DNA of 64,000 nt from the NCBI GenBank assembly GCA_001938485.1, contig MQRK01207995.1, forward strand, positions 18,793 to 82,792, in the 5' to 3' direction. The notes under the pieces were generated by a model. That model was not told the origin of the DNA. It worked only from the letters and a program-made list of their open reading frames with translations, and did not search any database. Positions 63,610 to 64,000 of this stretch are shown piece after piece (position 1 is the stretch's first letter; the number at the start of each line of letters is the position of its first letter). The position numbers and the translations under genes were made by a program. The stretch comes from Girardia tigrina (taxonomy: Eukaryota).

Positions 63610-63770
63610 CTGAATTTATGAAACAAATCAAAGTTTTTCTTTCTTTTGAATTACTTAGAAAAAGTAAAATGAATATCAATTAGATTCAGAAATTTATTAA
63701 GTGTATCAAGATTTTTATTTGGAGATTAACAATAAATGAAATTCATTCATTAAAAAAATATATTTAACTA

Positions 63771-63870
63771 CGTAACCGGATGTTTTATCACCGGACGATT
63801 CATCACATTTTTATTTTTCTAGTGGACGATTCACCACCGGATGTTTCATTACCGGCCGATTAATCACACT
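63771..63870. mobile_element. Probable Mutator-type terminus with sub-terminal repeats
   Basis: Repeated accgga(t/c)g.ttcatcacc motifs. Confidence 0.45.
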
Positions 63871-64000
63871 TTAAATGAAATTATAATAATTTTTTATTAA
63901 ATAATTCACCATACACTAAATAAAATTTTATAAATTAAAAGTAATCACATTTTTATTTTTGCCGAATGATTTTTTTATTAAACAATTCATCATATTTTAA

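Overview
AT-rich eukaryotic (animal) genomic DNA with several N gaps and short GT-AG introns (42-75 nt) beside very long TE-filled introns. The ADP/ATP-translocase remnants resemble the flatworm-type sequence, so a planarian-like flatworm is plausible but unproven. Three spliced host genes lie on the minus strand: (1) the 3' part of a large spectrin-repeat gene (8 phase-0 exons, 63609-38081) ending in an S-P-x-K-rich basic tail with no KASH domain, (2) a complete INO80C/IES6 gene (30752-26177, 186 aa), and (3) the 5' part of a divergent importin-13-like gene (24624-2711, continuing off the window). The rest is mostly decayed and nested mobile elements: mariner/Tc1/pogo, hAT, Mutator, Helitron, Helentron-type, Gypsy, RTE-like LINEs and Penelope-like elements. 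The most notable observations are minimal hammerhead ribozymes in sense orientation in introns of all three genes (including a tandem pair), an intronless USP deubiquitinase pseudogene, LINE 3' ends with C2H2 zinc-finger arrays, two ANT pseudogene fragments, a 200-bp fold-back, and inverted repeats flanking one exon. All homology calls are from motif recognition by eye, not database searches.
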